Shown piece after piece: positions 11,658 through 23,556 of a stretch of DNA of 64,000 bases (positions within the stretch are counted from its first letter, which is position 1; every line of letters begins with the position of its first letter). Source of the DNA: Vicugna vicugna (lineage: Eukaryota); NCBI GenBank assembly GCA_013265495.1, contig MU057651.1, forward strand, positions 744,001 to 808,000. The letters run 5' to 3'. The notes beneath the pieces were generated by a model. That model was not told the DNA's origin and made no database searches. It saw only the letters and a list, made by a program, of their open reading frames with translations. A program made the translations under genes and the position numbers.

Positions 11658-13244
11658 CTATAGGCTTTTTCTGTGATCCTTGTGTATATCACAGGGGTAG
11701 GAACCCGTGTCGGCGGAGTGATCCCTGAGTGTAATTTGTCTAGGCCTCGTGTCTCCTTTAATCTGCGTGCTGCCATCACTCACTGCCTATAACATTCCTT
11801 GGGCTTTTCCTCACCGTCTTCGGATGCCACCTCTCTAAAGGAAACAAAACATTCATTTTTTTCATCTTGCTATTTCCCAGACAGCTACTCAGCACAGTCC
11901 TTCTTTCTCTATAGAAAATGAAGCCTCGAATGGTCTACTCCCTGGGCTGTGTTCTCCACAAAGCTACGTCTGACAAGTTGGCTACATCACCTGGAATTGC
12001 AGAAGAGCAAGAGCAAATAGTGGGAAAAGAAGGCCAGGGATACAGCAAAATCAATTAAGGGGAGGACCAAGTTTCTCTTTGAGTCGGCCACAAAGTTTCT
12101 CTAGAGTTCCAATGACGGCTTGCTTCTAACTAGATGGTTCTCAAATTACCTTGGCTTGGAACACAAGCCGGTGAGGTGAGCAGATGTAGCAATCCCGGGC
12201 TAGAGTGGACAGGAAGGTGATGTACAGATGGGAAGTGACTGGAAAATTCAAGCTAATCCCATGAGCCAGCAGGCTTTTACATTTCCTGAAAGAATTTGGG
12301 TCAATCTAACTGGTCGGTTTAATTGCTTCAATGGATCTGTTCTGTTTCCAGGCGTTAGCAGATGAAGGGAAGTCCTGGTACCAAGAGTTCACAATATTTG
12401 CGTACCTGTCTCCCCAGCCCTGAAACAGCACTGCCACCATCACCTCTGCACCACCTCCCACCCAAACATATGGTTCCCTGCAGCCAGAGAAAGTCAGCTT
12501 CCTTTGAAAAGGCCAAAACAGAGGAGGCTGAGGCCAGATTTGTATGTGTTTGTGCATCTATTCTAGACGAAAGGTGAAGGTACAAAAGAGATCATTTGGC
12601 TTCAAAGATGCTTTGTAAATGCCTGACAAATCGACTGGCTTTTAGGATGTATCGATATTCTTTAATATTCGAGAGAACTAGCCTACTCAGATGGATTGCT
12701 TTAACAGATGCATCTTTGCAGTTAGTCAATGACAAAATATTTGTGAGTGGTTAGTGTCTTTCCTCTTTGCAGGAACTCTATAATGTGCTAAATGAGATCA
12801 TTCTCTCCGGCCCAGGACTCAAGAACATTTTGAATTGTGTTCATCCCGATTGGGAACTAAAGAATACTCAAGTTATTGCCAGAGTCCAAATGGAGGGCAC
12901 TTGTATTACTAAATGACTGTCAGAGGATTCCTTAATTAGGGCCCGTGTACACAGCCATTGCCATTTCTAATCATCTCTTTCATCAGAGGACTCCCTGTCT
13001 TATTACAGGTTTTGGTCCCTGGCAGTAAGACAGAATGTGCTTAAATTTATCAAGTATGTGTGAACTGCACACATCTCAAATTTTCATACAAAAAGACCAG
13101 CTTTGGGAAATGTTTTCACAGAATATGATATCTCACATAGGTTAACTCAAGCTAACAAAAGGCACTGTTTTTCATGTTAGAACTGTTAAAAACTGGCTAA
13201 TAGTCTCCAACCATGAATTTTCATTTTCTGGTTATTTAACATGT

Positions 13245-13705
13245 ATATTAAATATAATATATGCATGTATACATGTATGCATTTTTACATTTAAAAGATA
13301 TACATTTAATATATATTATGTAATATAGTATATTAATATTCAATGTATAATATATTATTAGTTACAGTAATAATATTATATATATATTTAAATAACAAAT
13401 TATATAATGTATACATATAATTAATATATTATTATATATTTATATGGTATATCAATATAATTAATTATATTAATGTATTTTATAATTATATATCAACATT
13501 ATTATAATACATAATTTAATATATTTATATATAATTTATATATATTTATATCATATTATTATATTATATTAATATAGCTAATATAATTTAATATTATATT
13601 AGATAACCATGATATTTAATTATTATATAATAATATATTAATCTATAAGAATATAATATTACAATGCTATATATAAATATAATATTGTGTACACACACAC
13701 ACATA
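13245..13705. repeat. Extremely AT-rich, degenerate (TA)n low-complexity tract ending in short (CA)n
   Basis: About 450 bp almost entirely A/T with TATA/TAAT/ATTA units. Confidence 0.95.
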
Positions 13706-14069
13706 TCTACCCATTTTAGGATCTTTTAACCTGAACTCAGGTTTGTAGGTAATAATGGAGTTCAGACGCACACTAACTCAAGTATCCCTGCTCTGAACCT
13801 GACTCTGGCCCAATCCCTTTCAGTTCTTTGGCCACTGTCATAGTTAAGATCCAGTAACTTCTTAACTCTCCCTCTCTCTTATCACCCTGCTCCAATCCAT
13901 CCTCCAAATACACATATCCCCAGCCTTCAGAATAAAAGCCTCAAATCCTTAGCTTGGCATTCAAAGCCCTCTCAACAACCTAGTACCAAAGATTACTTCC
14001 ACTACTCGCAGTCCTATACCCTGTGCTCCAGGCAAACCATCGCACTTGCTGTTATGAACCCAGGTTGCC

Positions 14070-14300
14070 AAAGTGTTTTGGAGCACTTGCCGTGTGCTAG
14101 ACACTGTGTTGGACAACTTCGTATATGATGTCATCTACTCATTTCCACAATCCGATGAGTCATGTTATATTACTCCCATTTTCCAGGTAGAGAAATGGAG
14201 GCCAAGAGATGTTAAGTAACTTGCCCAAGGTCGGGCAGCTAGTGAAGCATGGCGTCAGGGTTTGAAGCCAAGCAGTCTCACTCTAGAGCCTGTTCTCTTT
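14070..14300 (-). mobile_element. MIR SINE within L2 fragments (~13800-14700, plus)
   Basis: 'cccattttccaggtagagaaatggaggccaagagatgttaagtaacttgcccaaggtc'. Confidence 0.8.
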
Positions 14301-15084
14301 ACCTAGGCTGCCTGAATATATTTTGTAGAACTTATCCTGCATTTTTGGCCCCCAGCATTTTTGTTCATAAATATGGCAACAACCCTCCTTCCTCCTCCAT
14401 CATCTCTGCCTGCTTAAATCTTGCCTAGCTCAAGTAGCACCCCCTCCATGAAGCCTTCTCTGACTTCCCAGTGCTAAAATTCATTCCTCCCAGTTCCGGG
14501 TTCTCATAGCATTGGTTCTAGCACTTACACTACTTTTTGTTATTGTAGTTACCTGAACGTGTGTTTCCTCCTCCTACGCATCTCCACCTTGTCGTATGGG
14601 AAACCAAGCTCCTGTAACCCTGAGATGCTGAAGGCAAGAGAGTGCCAATCAGGTGCATCACCAGGGATGTGGCAGAGGTGGGCAATGGGGTAGGTAATCT
14701 CTAAGCTCCCTCCCAACTCAGAGGTTGTATGATCCCACATGGCAGTTTCCCTGAGGGCAGGAGTGAAGCCCCCACAGCAACAAGCAGCGCAACTGGCATG
14801 TCCCTGGGGAATTGCTGAGTTGGCCAAAGTACGTTATCTCCAATGCACAAGTGGATGAGCAAGTACTGGCTACACTCTCAACTCCCTATTTGTGTATGTC
14901 TATCCATCACTGCCATGTCTGTTTGAAGGTGACCTTGCTCTGCAAGTGTGGCTCTAGAGCTGCAGTCCTTTTCACAGCCCTTCCCTTCAAAGATGGTCCT
15001 TCTTTGTGCTGTGCCAGTCAATGATCCGAAAGCATATTGATGTTTGCAGCACTCAGCGTTTTGCTTTCCGCCTAGGCCTAGGCC

Positions 15085-15250
15085 ACACTTGAGTGTGCAT
15101 CAGGGTCACGTAGAGGGCTTGCTGAGGCACATATTGCTGGGCCCCAGCCCCCATTCAGTCCAGGGTAAGACCCAAGAACTGGCACTTTTAACGGGTTCCC
15201 AGGTGATGCGGATGCTGCAGGTGCCTGGACCACACTGAGAACCACTCTCT
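15085..15250. mobile_element. MER5A-like MITE
   Basis: 'cttgagtgtgcatcagggtcac...ttcccaggtgatgcggatgctgcaggtgcctggaccacactgagaaccact'. Confidence 0.7.
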
Positions 15251-16609
15251 AGACAATGGCTTTACTCACAAGTAGATGGCTTTCCTCTGACTGCTACCCG
15301 CTGCATTTGAGGGGCCGGTGGGGATGGAGTGGGGGGGACGAGCACCAAACTGGGAGCCTGAAGACCAGACTGAAGCTGTGTTCTAGCAAGCTGTGCGACC
15401 TCGGGGAAGTCTCAGCACTGCTCTGTTTTTCTAACTTCCTCACAGGCACAAGGACAGAGTGAAGGTGGTGACTGCTACTCGTGAGTATTTCTAAAATTCT
15501 GAGTCTGTCTGTTACTCTTGTCCCCAGCCCAGTCTTAGAAGCTGAGAAGCCAGATATCCCCAGAGCACCTCCTCAAGCATCCAAGTGCCCACTCCTGTCC
15601 ACCATCACTCCAAGGTAGAGAGGTCCACCTGCTTGGGGATCTCCTTCTACAGCTATCCCAGTGTGTGGAGCCCAAAGAGCAAAGTTGGCGCCTCCCTCTT
15701 GGAAATCCAAATCTGCCATGGGTGTCTTTCTTAACAATAATACAGATATGAATACCTTACACATATGTAATATTTTACATTTTTGAGAATACTCTCCACT
15801 AAATCCTCTCATCCAATCTTTCTAACACTCTAAGGGCGGAGCCAGCATGCTTGTGCGGATGAGTTGAGATGTTCTGAAAACACCACTGCTGTCTACAAGC
15901 CCCAGTGCAGTAGGCTGGCTTTCCCAGTGTGGATTTCTGCTTCTGCACAGTTGGAAGAAGCATTATCCTGGGCCAGGGCTGCCAGCTGACGCTCCAGGGA
16001 CCACCCCCTCCCCGACACTTGGCCCATCTTTTGCAGGAACACAGCAGGCCAAGGGGCTGCTTCCCGTGCGACATCATTGCCTGCATTCTGTTTAGTGTGT
16101 GCATCACTCAGCCTGAAATATCCAAATGATGTTAATTGGACGACTTGAGGACTTTTGATAATAAACATAAACCAAACCAGAAAGATGTTCTAGATTGTTC
16201 ATCAACCCCACTTATTAGTCCAAGAAAAATCAGCGTACCATTCTACACTACCAATTACACTTCTCATTAAGGCGAAATCATGAAGATGTCTCAGGCCATG
16301 CTATCACTGCCACACTCGGCATTAATTAGAGTTCAACGATCAGAGAGGAATAAAGCACAGGAGACTCAGAAACGTGTTATGCGTCTTAATAATGACTTGT
16401 TTCCGTGTCAGAAATTGGGCAAGGAGTCTAGACATCAACGATTTCACTTCCCTGCTCTTTTCTTTCCCTTCATGTTCCTGTCATGTGACTCAGCTGGAAA
16501 AAGAGGACAATGGCAGGTCCTCTGTTTGGTGCCTATCATTTGACTTCCCTGAGCCTTCCCCTGTGGCTAGTTTCTCTCCATTATCTTTAGGCTCACAGGA
16601 TGAGGCAAA

Positions 16610-16960
16610 CTAACCTTGCTCAGCTCTGTCCTCGTCACACCAGGCTTCCTGCTAGTCCTTGAACCAGTCAGGCCTCAGGGCCTTTGCACCAGCTGTTCCC
16701 TCTGACTGGTACACTCCTTCTTGGGGCTCTTGCTCCCACTTTTGTTTAAAATCTTCATTCAAATGTCTTTTTTTTTTCAGTGAGTCCTTCCATAACCATC
16801 CTATTTTTAAATTACCCCTCTCTTGCTCCTTGCCTGCCTTTCTTGCTTTATTTCTCTCCATCACATCCATGGCCTTCTAACATATCATTGAATTTCCTGA
16901 TTACTTTATTTATTCCCTTTCTCTCTACCGAAAGGTAAGCCCCAGGAAACCTGGGATATT
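16610..16960 (+). mobile_element. L2 3' fragment
   Basis: 'cctcagggcctttgcaccagctgttccctctgactgg' is a hallmark L2 segment. Confidence 0.75.
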
Positions 16961-17264
16961 TTTAACTTCTTATTTTGAAATAATTTTATTAAATTAATTT
17001 TTTTTTCTTAGAGGATAGAGTGATGATATGTTTATTTCTTTTGTAGCTTCTTTCACAAAACTGAATATTTATAGGTTGCATTTTTAGAGTACTTCGAAGG
17101 CAGGTTCCCATACAAATTCTTTGAGATGCATTATTATTGGGTCTCATTTACCAATGAGGACACTGCAACTTAGGAAGGACAACAGATACCATCAATGCCC
17201 TTCCTCTATCCCTTTGGCGTTTAACATTTCTGTGCCTGCCAGCCTGCTTTCAAATGGCCAAAAA

Positions 17265-17700
17265 TAATGTTAGACTTGACAGGAAAATTATAAACACAGC
17301 ACAGAGAATTGCAATATAATACTTGCCCAGCCTCCCCTAATATTAAACACCTTATATAGTAATGATAATAGTATGGAAACCAAGAAATTAATGTTGATAC
17401 AATACTATTAACATACCTACAGGTCTTACTCAAAGTTTCCCAGTTTTCCCCTAAAGGTCCTTTCACTATGCCAGGATCCAATTCAGAATCTCATACTGCA
17501 CTTGTTGTCATGTCTCCTTAGCGTCCTCTAATCTGTGACAGTTCCTCAGTCTGTGTCTTTCGTGACCTTGACAATTTCACAAGGCCAGCTCAATTACTTT
17601 TGGAGAGTTTCCTTCAATTGAGGTGCATCTGATGTTACGTCACGGTGAGGTTAAGGTTGTGTATTTGGGGCATGAATACTGCTGAAGTGAAGTTGTGCAA
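17265..17700 (-). mobile_element. Old L1 (L1MC-like) 3' fragment
   Basis: 'aagaaattaatgttgatacaatactattaac...caggatccaattcagaatctcatactgca...gtcatgtctccttag'. Confidence 0.7.
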
Positions 17701-18063
17701 GGTGGATTTTTTTGACTGTTCCCTGTGGTATCCCCAGGTAACCAGAACAGGCCCTGACACAGAGGAAGCACTTGGTACTTGTGAAGACACAAAGGGATCA
17801 GACACCCAAGTACCCACGCTCCTCTCGGGACATGGGGAGATTACGTTCTGTGGAATATCATGGTTGTTGGGAACATCTTGTGGCTTTGAGGAAGGGGAAG
17901 GTAAGAGAATTGAGATGGGGTCTTCCCTACCACAAAGCTAAACAATAACAGATGAAGGAACCCAAGTAGCATGTAGCCCAGTGAGAGGAAAAATGGTATA
18001 AAAGTTGGACAAATTGATAGCAAAAATTATTTTTTACTTTAAAAATAGTAATAACCTCCTGCT

Positions 18064-18409
18064 CACTATAGACTAAAAGTTTGGATCCCCCCAAAATTCC
18101 TACGCTGCAATCTAATCTCCAACGCCGTAGTATTTGGAGGTGGGGCCTTTGGGAGGTGATTAGGAAATAAGGGTGGAGCCCTCATGAATGGGATTAATGT
18201 CCTTATAAAAGAAGGCCCACTGAGCTCCATTGTTCCCCTCTGTCATGGAAGGCTACAACCAAGGAGAGGGCCTCACCAGATACCAAATCTGCTGGTACCT
18301 CCTTGATCTTGGATTTCCCAGCCTGCAGAGCTGCAAAAATAGATTTCTGTTGTTTATAAGCCACCCAGTCTATGGTAGTCTGTCGTAGCTGCCAGAACAG
18401 ACTAAGACA
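18064..18409 (+). mobile_element. MLT1A-type MaLR solo LTR
   Basis: 'ggtggggcctttgggaggtgattagg...gccctcatgaatgggattaatgtccttataaaaga' and end 'gccacccagtctatggta...cagactaagaca'. Confidence 0.9.
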
Positions 18410-18469
18410 TGCCCCAAATAAAACCCGTTACCTCACATGTGTAAGTAGGTGGCTCAGTCGGCATGTCCT

Positions 18470-18672
18470 GAATTCACAATCTGGCTCTGACACTTAACAG
18501 CCAGGTAATGAACAAACCTCTTAGCCTCTCTGGGCCTCATTTTTCTCATCTGTAAAGTGGAGATACTGTTAATATTAATATAGTAGGGTTATTTCTGAGG
18601 ATTGATGGAGATAATACATGTGAGAAGCTTAGAGCAGTATCTGAAATATAATAAGCACTCAATATGCATTAT
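18470..18672 (+). mobile_element. MIR SINE (followed by an inverted MIR ~18700-18890)
   Basis: 'cctctctgggcctcatttttctcatctgtaaagtggagata' core; tail 'aagcactcaatatg'. Confidence 0.85.
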
Positions 18673-19459
18673 TAGGTAAATTTCTCTACTTTCCAGAATA
18701 CTATCCAATAAGTCATCTTATTAGATATTCAAAGTGATTCCTTAGGGGCAGAGGCTATTATTACTTTCATGGACCGATAAAGAAATTGAGGCCTAGAAAA
18801 GTGAAAGGATTCATCTAGGGTCTCCTAGGCTAATGAGTGAGAAAGCTGGAGTAAGATGTAGGTCATACATTTCCTAGTCCAGTGCTGTTTCTGTACCCCC
18901 TAGACATCCAGTAGAGTCTCACTAAATGCCAGCGGTGACAAAATGAGATTTGAGGCCTAGATTTACCTGTATGCATCACATTCTTTTTGGTGCTGGACAA
19001 GATCTGGGACACTCTAAACCATCTAGGACCTTATAACAGAAGTGAGGGAGAAAGAGAACAAGTACTAAGATAGCCCAGCCACTACCAATGGAGTAGCGGC
19101 TATACTGACAAGCACAGGCAGCTTCCATCTTATACCAACAGGGTTTCCAGGATGGTTGTTTGAGCCACAGTCGGTATTTTCCAAGGGCAGTATCACTGTA
19201 AGCAGAGGTAAGCACCCATGTCAGCCTATCAAACATGCCAAAAGCAGAGCCCTGCTACTGCTACGGAGTCCAGTGCCCAGGTTTTCCTGGAAGAGGTGAA
19301 TGAGACAAGACTGGGGAGGCAGACAAAGGCTGGGTTCTGCCAGGCCTTGATGGCCCAAGAAGAAAATCAGATTTTATTCTCAGTGGGATGGGAAGCCACT
19401 GGAGGCTGTCAAGCCAAGGAATGACATTATTTGATTTACATTTTTAAAAGAGCTCATTG

Positions 19460-19609
19460 GTGGGGGAGGATATAGCTCAGTGGTAGAGTGCATGCTTTGT
19501 GTGCACGAGGTCCTGGGTTCAATCCCCAGTACCTCCATCAAATAAAAAAAAATCTAATTACCTCCCCCAAAATAAAACAATTTTTAAAATAAATAAAAAA
19601 TTAAAAAAT
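19460..19609 (+). mobile_element. tRNA-Ala-derived SINE (camelid vic-1 type), full length
   Basis: A box 'tagctcagtgg', B box 'gggttcaatccc', A-rich tail; 14-bp TSD aaaagagctcattg (19446-19459 / 19610-19623) at a TT|AAAA L1-endonuclease site. Confidence 0.9.
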
Positions 19610-20889
19610 AAAAGAGCTCATTGATGCTGTAATGGAAAACCACGCAGAGTGTGATTCTGTAGTGAGAAAGAACTGGGCTTGAATCTCAACTCTTTTCCTT
19701 CATAGCTTGAATCTCTTCTGTTCAATAGAGGCAATAATAGTATTCACCCCACAGGGCTGCAGTGATACAGCAGACAATGTATGTACAGGGCTGAACCCAG
19801 TGCCTGGCCCATAGTAGGTGCTCAGTATGGGTCAGCTACGTTTACCATTATTAATTATTAGTAGTAGTAGTTGTTGTTGTATTTATTATTATGTAACAAC
19901 TTTGAGAAACTACAGAGGATGTGGTCCAGATCAGGTATTAGGGCAATGTGGGTTGAAATAAACTTTTTGGACTCCTAAGACCCCACACAATAGTGGAGTC
20001 TTTGGGTGCCAGGTGAGGAGATGGAAAAGGTATGTCTAGGGGTGCTGCCAACTAACTATGGGAGCTTCCCTGGCCCTTCTTCCAAACTCAGGACATTTCC
20101 TTGCCCCTGGCTATGTCCCTGCACAGGATTGTGTGTGGGCATACGGTGAGATGACAGAGAAGGCATGGAAAAAGAAGCATCCTTTCCTCACCTTTTATGT
20201 CAATTCCCAGAGTCCCAAAGAGTTCATTCACTCAAAAGTGCCTCTTAAGTGCTAGCCCAGCACTGGGCCATGCCATCTTTCCAGCAATAGCTGAGTCACA
20301 GGAGCCATGGGGAAGCCTGACTGGGCCGCCCCACTGGGCTGCCTCACTGGGCTAACCCATCACCTTATACAGTGAGGATTGTGCAATGAGGCAACTGGAA
20401 GGAGCCATGTCCAAGGCTTCTGGGGGCGACATAGGCATGGACTTCTCCTTCTTGGACTCTGGTTCAGCTGTCCCTTGGCCTGAGCTCCAGGAGATTATGA
20501 ATCACCCTCCAGCCAGCAGGGGCAGGCTGGGCGAGCTGCGTGACTCCGGTCTCACGCGAACCCTGTGCCGCACAGACCACGCCCAGAGAAGGGCGATGAC
20601 GCAGGCGCAGAGAGGGTTCCCTTCTGACATACTCCTGAGCTTTGAGGCTTTGTCTAGCTGCACCCAGTTCTTATAGTCCCAAAGCCTGTCAGCTCCCTGG
20701 AAGGGATGATTGCAGAGACACAGCATGCCCTCTTGGCAAAGGGAGTTGTGCCATGCCAACCCAGGCTGAGGCTGTCTGGCCCCAGGGTAAGCTTGGTATG
20801 CCAGGAGTGTGGCAGGAATGACTGAAACTAAAGCCAGGGTGCTACCCAATTCCCCTGCCACTTTATCCTCCTATTACTTCTTACTCAAC

Positions 20890-21050
20890 TCTTTGACATT
20901 TACTTGTATTTATTCCTTCAATCATTTGATCATTCACTTGTTTGACGACAGTTACTGAGTGCCTACTCTGTGCTAGGCACTGTGGGAGGTGATGAGGATG
21001 CATGAAACAGAGTCCCTGCCTTCAAGGAACTTACATTCTAATGTGGGGGA
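20890..21050 (-). mobile_element. L2 3' end (continues at ~22805-23480 after nested insertions)
   Basis: 'ttactgagtgcctactctgtgctaggcactgtg...gtccctgccttcaaggaacttacattcta'. Confidence 0.8.
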
Positions 21051-21059
21051 CTCGATCAT

Positions 21060-22805
21060 TCTCATGAGAATATTATTTCTCCCATCCAAAAATTAACAAA
21101 ATCTCTCTCAACTCTAATCAACCCTCCAGATACTGCTACTGCCCCATTGCTGCCCTCCTCTTTATACTAAAACCTTGAAGCAACTGTTTATACTCATTGT
21201 CTCCAAATTCTCTTCTTCCACTCCCTCCTGAACTCATTTTAATCACTGTTCTAATCAAGATCACTAGTGACCGACATGTTACAAAATCCAGTGGTCATTT
21301 TTCTGTCCTCCACTCGCTCTTCCTTGAATGACCTTCTTCTCTTGGCCTCCAGGAAGCCACATTCTATTGGTTTTCTCCCTCCTGTTCTGGCTGCTGCTTC
21401 TCAGTTCCCTTTGCTTGTTGCTCTTTGAATAGATGCTTCAAAATTATCGACTTCAAAACTAAGCCCTTGATATTTTCCCCAAAAACCTACTCTTCCCACA
21501 GTCTTTCCCATCTCAGTTAAATGGCAACTCCATTCTTCCAGAGTCGCAAGCCCAAAAGCCGGGTGATGTCCTTGACTATGCACTGTCTTATGCCCAACAG
21601 AGTCAGCAAATCCTGTAAACTCTGTCAAAGGACATACAGATTTTGACCATTTCGAATTGTCTCTTACATCACTGCCATTTCCACCACCCTTCTCCAAGCC
21701 ATCATCATCTCTCACCTGGATTGTTGCAGTAGCTCCCTAGCTGGTTCTGCTGCCTCCACACTTTCCCCTCTTTGGTTTATTCTCAACATGGCAGATAGAG
21801 TGAGCCTATTAAAATCTAAATTAGATTATGTTACCTAGAAACTCTTCAATGATATATGCTACATTTTACTCAGAGTAAAAAGCCAAAGTTCTTACAATAA
21901 CCTTGAAGTTTCCACATTACCTGTCCCCCATTATTTCTCTGAATTTGTCTCCTACCACTCTGCCCCTTGTTCTCAACTCTCCAGCCACACTGGCCCCCTC
22001 ATATTTCTCAAACACACCAGGTATGATCCAGCCTCGAAGCCTTTGCACTTACTTTTCTCTGCCTTGAATGCTCTACATCCGGATCTAAGACCTCTTACTT
22101 CGTTCAGGTCTTTACTTGAGATTCTCCTTTCTAGGCCACTCTACCTAAAACTTCTCTCCCAACCCCCTAAAAAATCATAGCTCCATTTTACACTTTAGTT
22201 TTCTCCTTAGCACATATCATTATCTAACATACCATATGTCTCAGTCTGCTCAGGCTGCCATGACAAAATACCAGAGATGGGGTAACTTAAACAACATACA
22301 TTTATTTCTCACAATTCTGGAGGCTGGGAAGTCTAAGATCAAGTGATGGCAAGGTAGGTTTCATTCTAAGGCCTCTTTTCTTGCCTTGTAGGTGGCTGCC
22401 ATGTGCTCACGGGACCTCTTCTTATGTGTGTGTGGGAGAGAGGAATGTCACGGGAGGGAGAGCAAGTTCTCTGGTGTCTCTTCTTAAAAGGAAATCAATT
22501 TCATCAGACCAGGGCCCTACCATCATGACCCCATCTAACCCTAACTACCTCCTAAAAACCCCATCTCTAAATATCATTGAATTGGAGGTTAGGGCTTCAG
22601 TATGTGAATGGGGGTTTTATTTATACACACACACACACACACATACACACATATATGTATTACTAATTGTCTTCCATATTAGAATGGAAGTTTCATCAAG
22701 GTTAGGATTTGTGTTTATGGTGTTCACTATTTTAATCCCTGTGTTTTGAGTAATGCTGGCCATATAGTAGGCTTCAATAAATATTTACTGAAAAATTGAA
22801 TGAAA
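21060..22805 (+). mobile_element. L2 (L2a-like) long 3' fragment, interrupted by MLT1A
   Basis: L2 ORF2 remnants ('cccatctcagttaaatggcaactccattcttcc', 'gccatcatcatctctcacctggattgttgcagtagctccctagctgg') and tail 'catatagtaggcttcaataaatatttactgaa'. Confidence 0.85.
22237..22615 (-). mobile_element. MLT1A-type MaLR LTR
   Basis: 'tgtctcagtctgctcaggctgccatgacaaaatacc...atttatttctcacaattctggaggctgggaagtctaagatcaag'. Confidence 0.9.
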
Positions 22806-22870
22806 CAAGCAAAATAATTACAGCTTGTGATAAGTAATAAGAAGAAAATAGACAAGCTGATAGATTAGAA

Positions 22871-23048
22871 CAGCAGCTGCCAACCTTGGCTTCACATTAA
22901 AATCGCCCAAGGAACATTTAAAAATACAGATGATAGCCTGGGCCTCACCCCCAGAGATTCTGATTTACTTGGTCTAGAAGGAGCCTGGCCATTTTTTTTA
23001 ATGTTCTCTGAATGATTTCTAATGTGAAACGAGGGCTGAGAACCAATG
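22871..23048. mobile_element. MER5-type MITE
   Basis: 'ccttggcttcacattaaaatc...cctcacccccagagattctgatttacttggtc...taatgtgaaacgagggctgagaacca'. Confidence 0.75.
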
Positions 23049-23504
23049 AGTTTGAGATAGTATCATTTAAGTGGAAACCTGAAGGAGAAAAGGAAGCGTG
23101 GGAATTCCTGGTCGATTCCTCGTGCCGGGCAGAATGAGAATGAAAGCACTGAAGCAGGCATGAGCTTGGTGTGTTCTCACAACAGAAGGGCAGTGTGGGT
23201 GGTGCAGAGTGGGCAAGGGGAAGAGTGAAACAAGATGAGTTTCGAGAGAGCCGCAGAGGCCAGGTTAGGCAGGGTCTTGTAGACCATGGGAAGGAAAGTG
23301 GACCTTGTATGACATAAGATGGGAGCCACTGAAGGGTTTTGGGGAGGGGAATGACGTGATCTGATTTACTATTTTCTAAATATTGCTCTTGCTGCTGTGT
23401 AGAGGTAATGAGTGAAAGTAGGGAAACAACTTAGGAGGTTGTTGTGGGAGTCTAAGAGAGACTTCATGGTGCCCTAAAACTAAACTGGTGCCCATCAGGC
23501 CCCA

Positions 23505-23556
23505 GCTTCTGATGTCTAAATGGACAGGTGTCCCTGTCCATTTAGACATCAGAAGC
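23505..23556. repeat. Perfect 24-bp inverted repeat with 4-nt spacer (hairpin/cruciform)
   Basis: gcttctgatgtctaaatggacagg (23505-23528) - tgtc - cctgtccatttagacatcagaagc (23533-23556); the arms are exact reverse complements. Confidence 0.97.

Noticed and set aside
20890..22810. mir-28-like hairpin from opposed L2 elements
   Set aside because: That needs closely apposed tail-to-tail L2 3' ends; here the two tails point away from each other about 1.9 kb apart.
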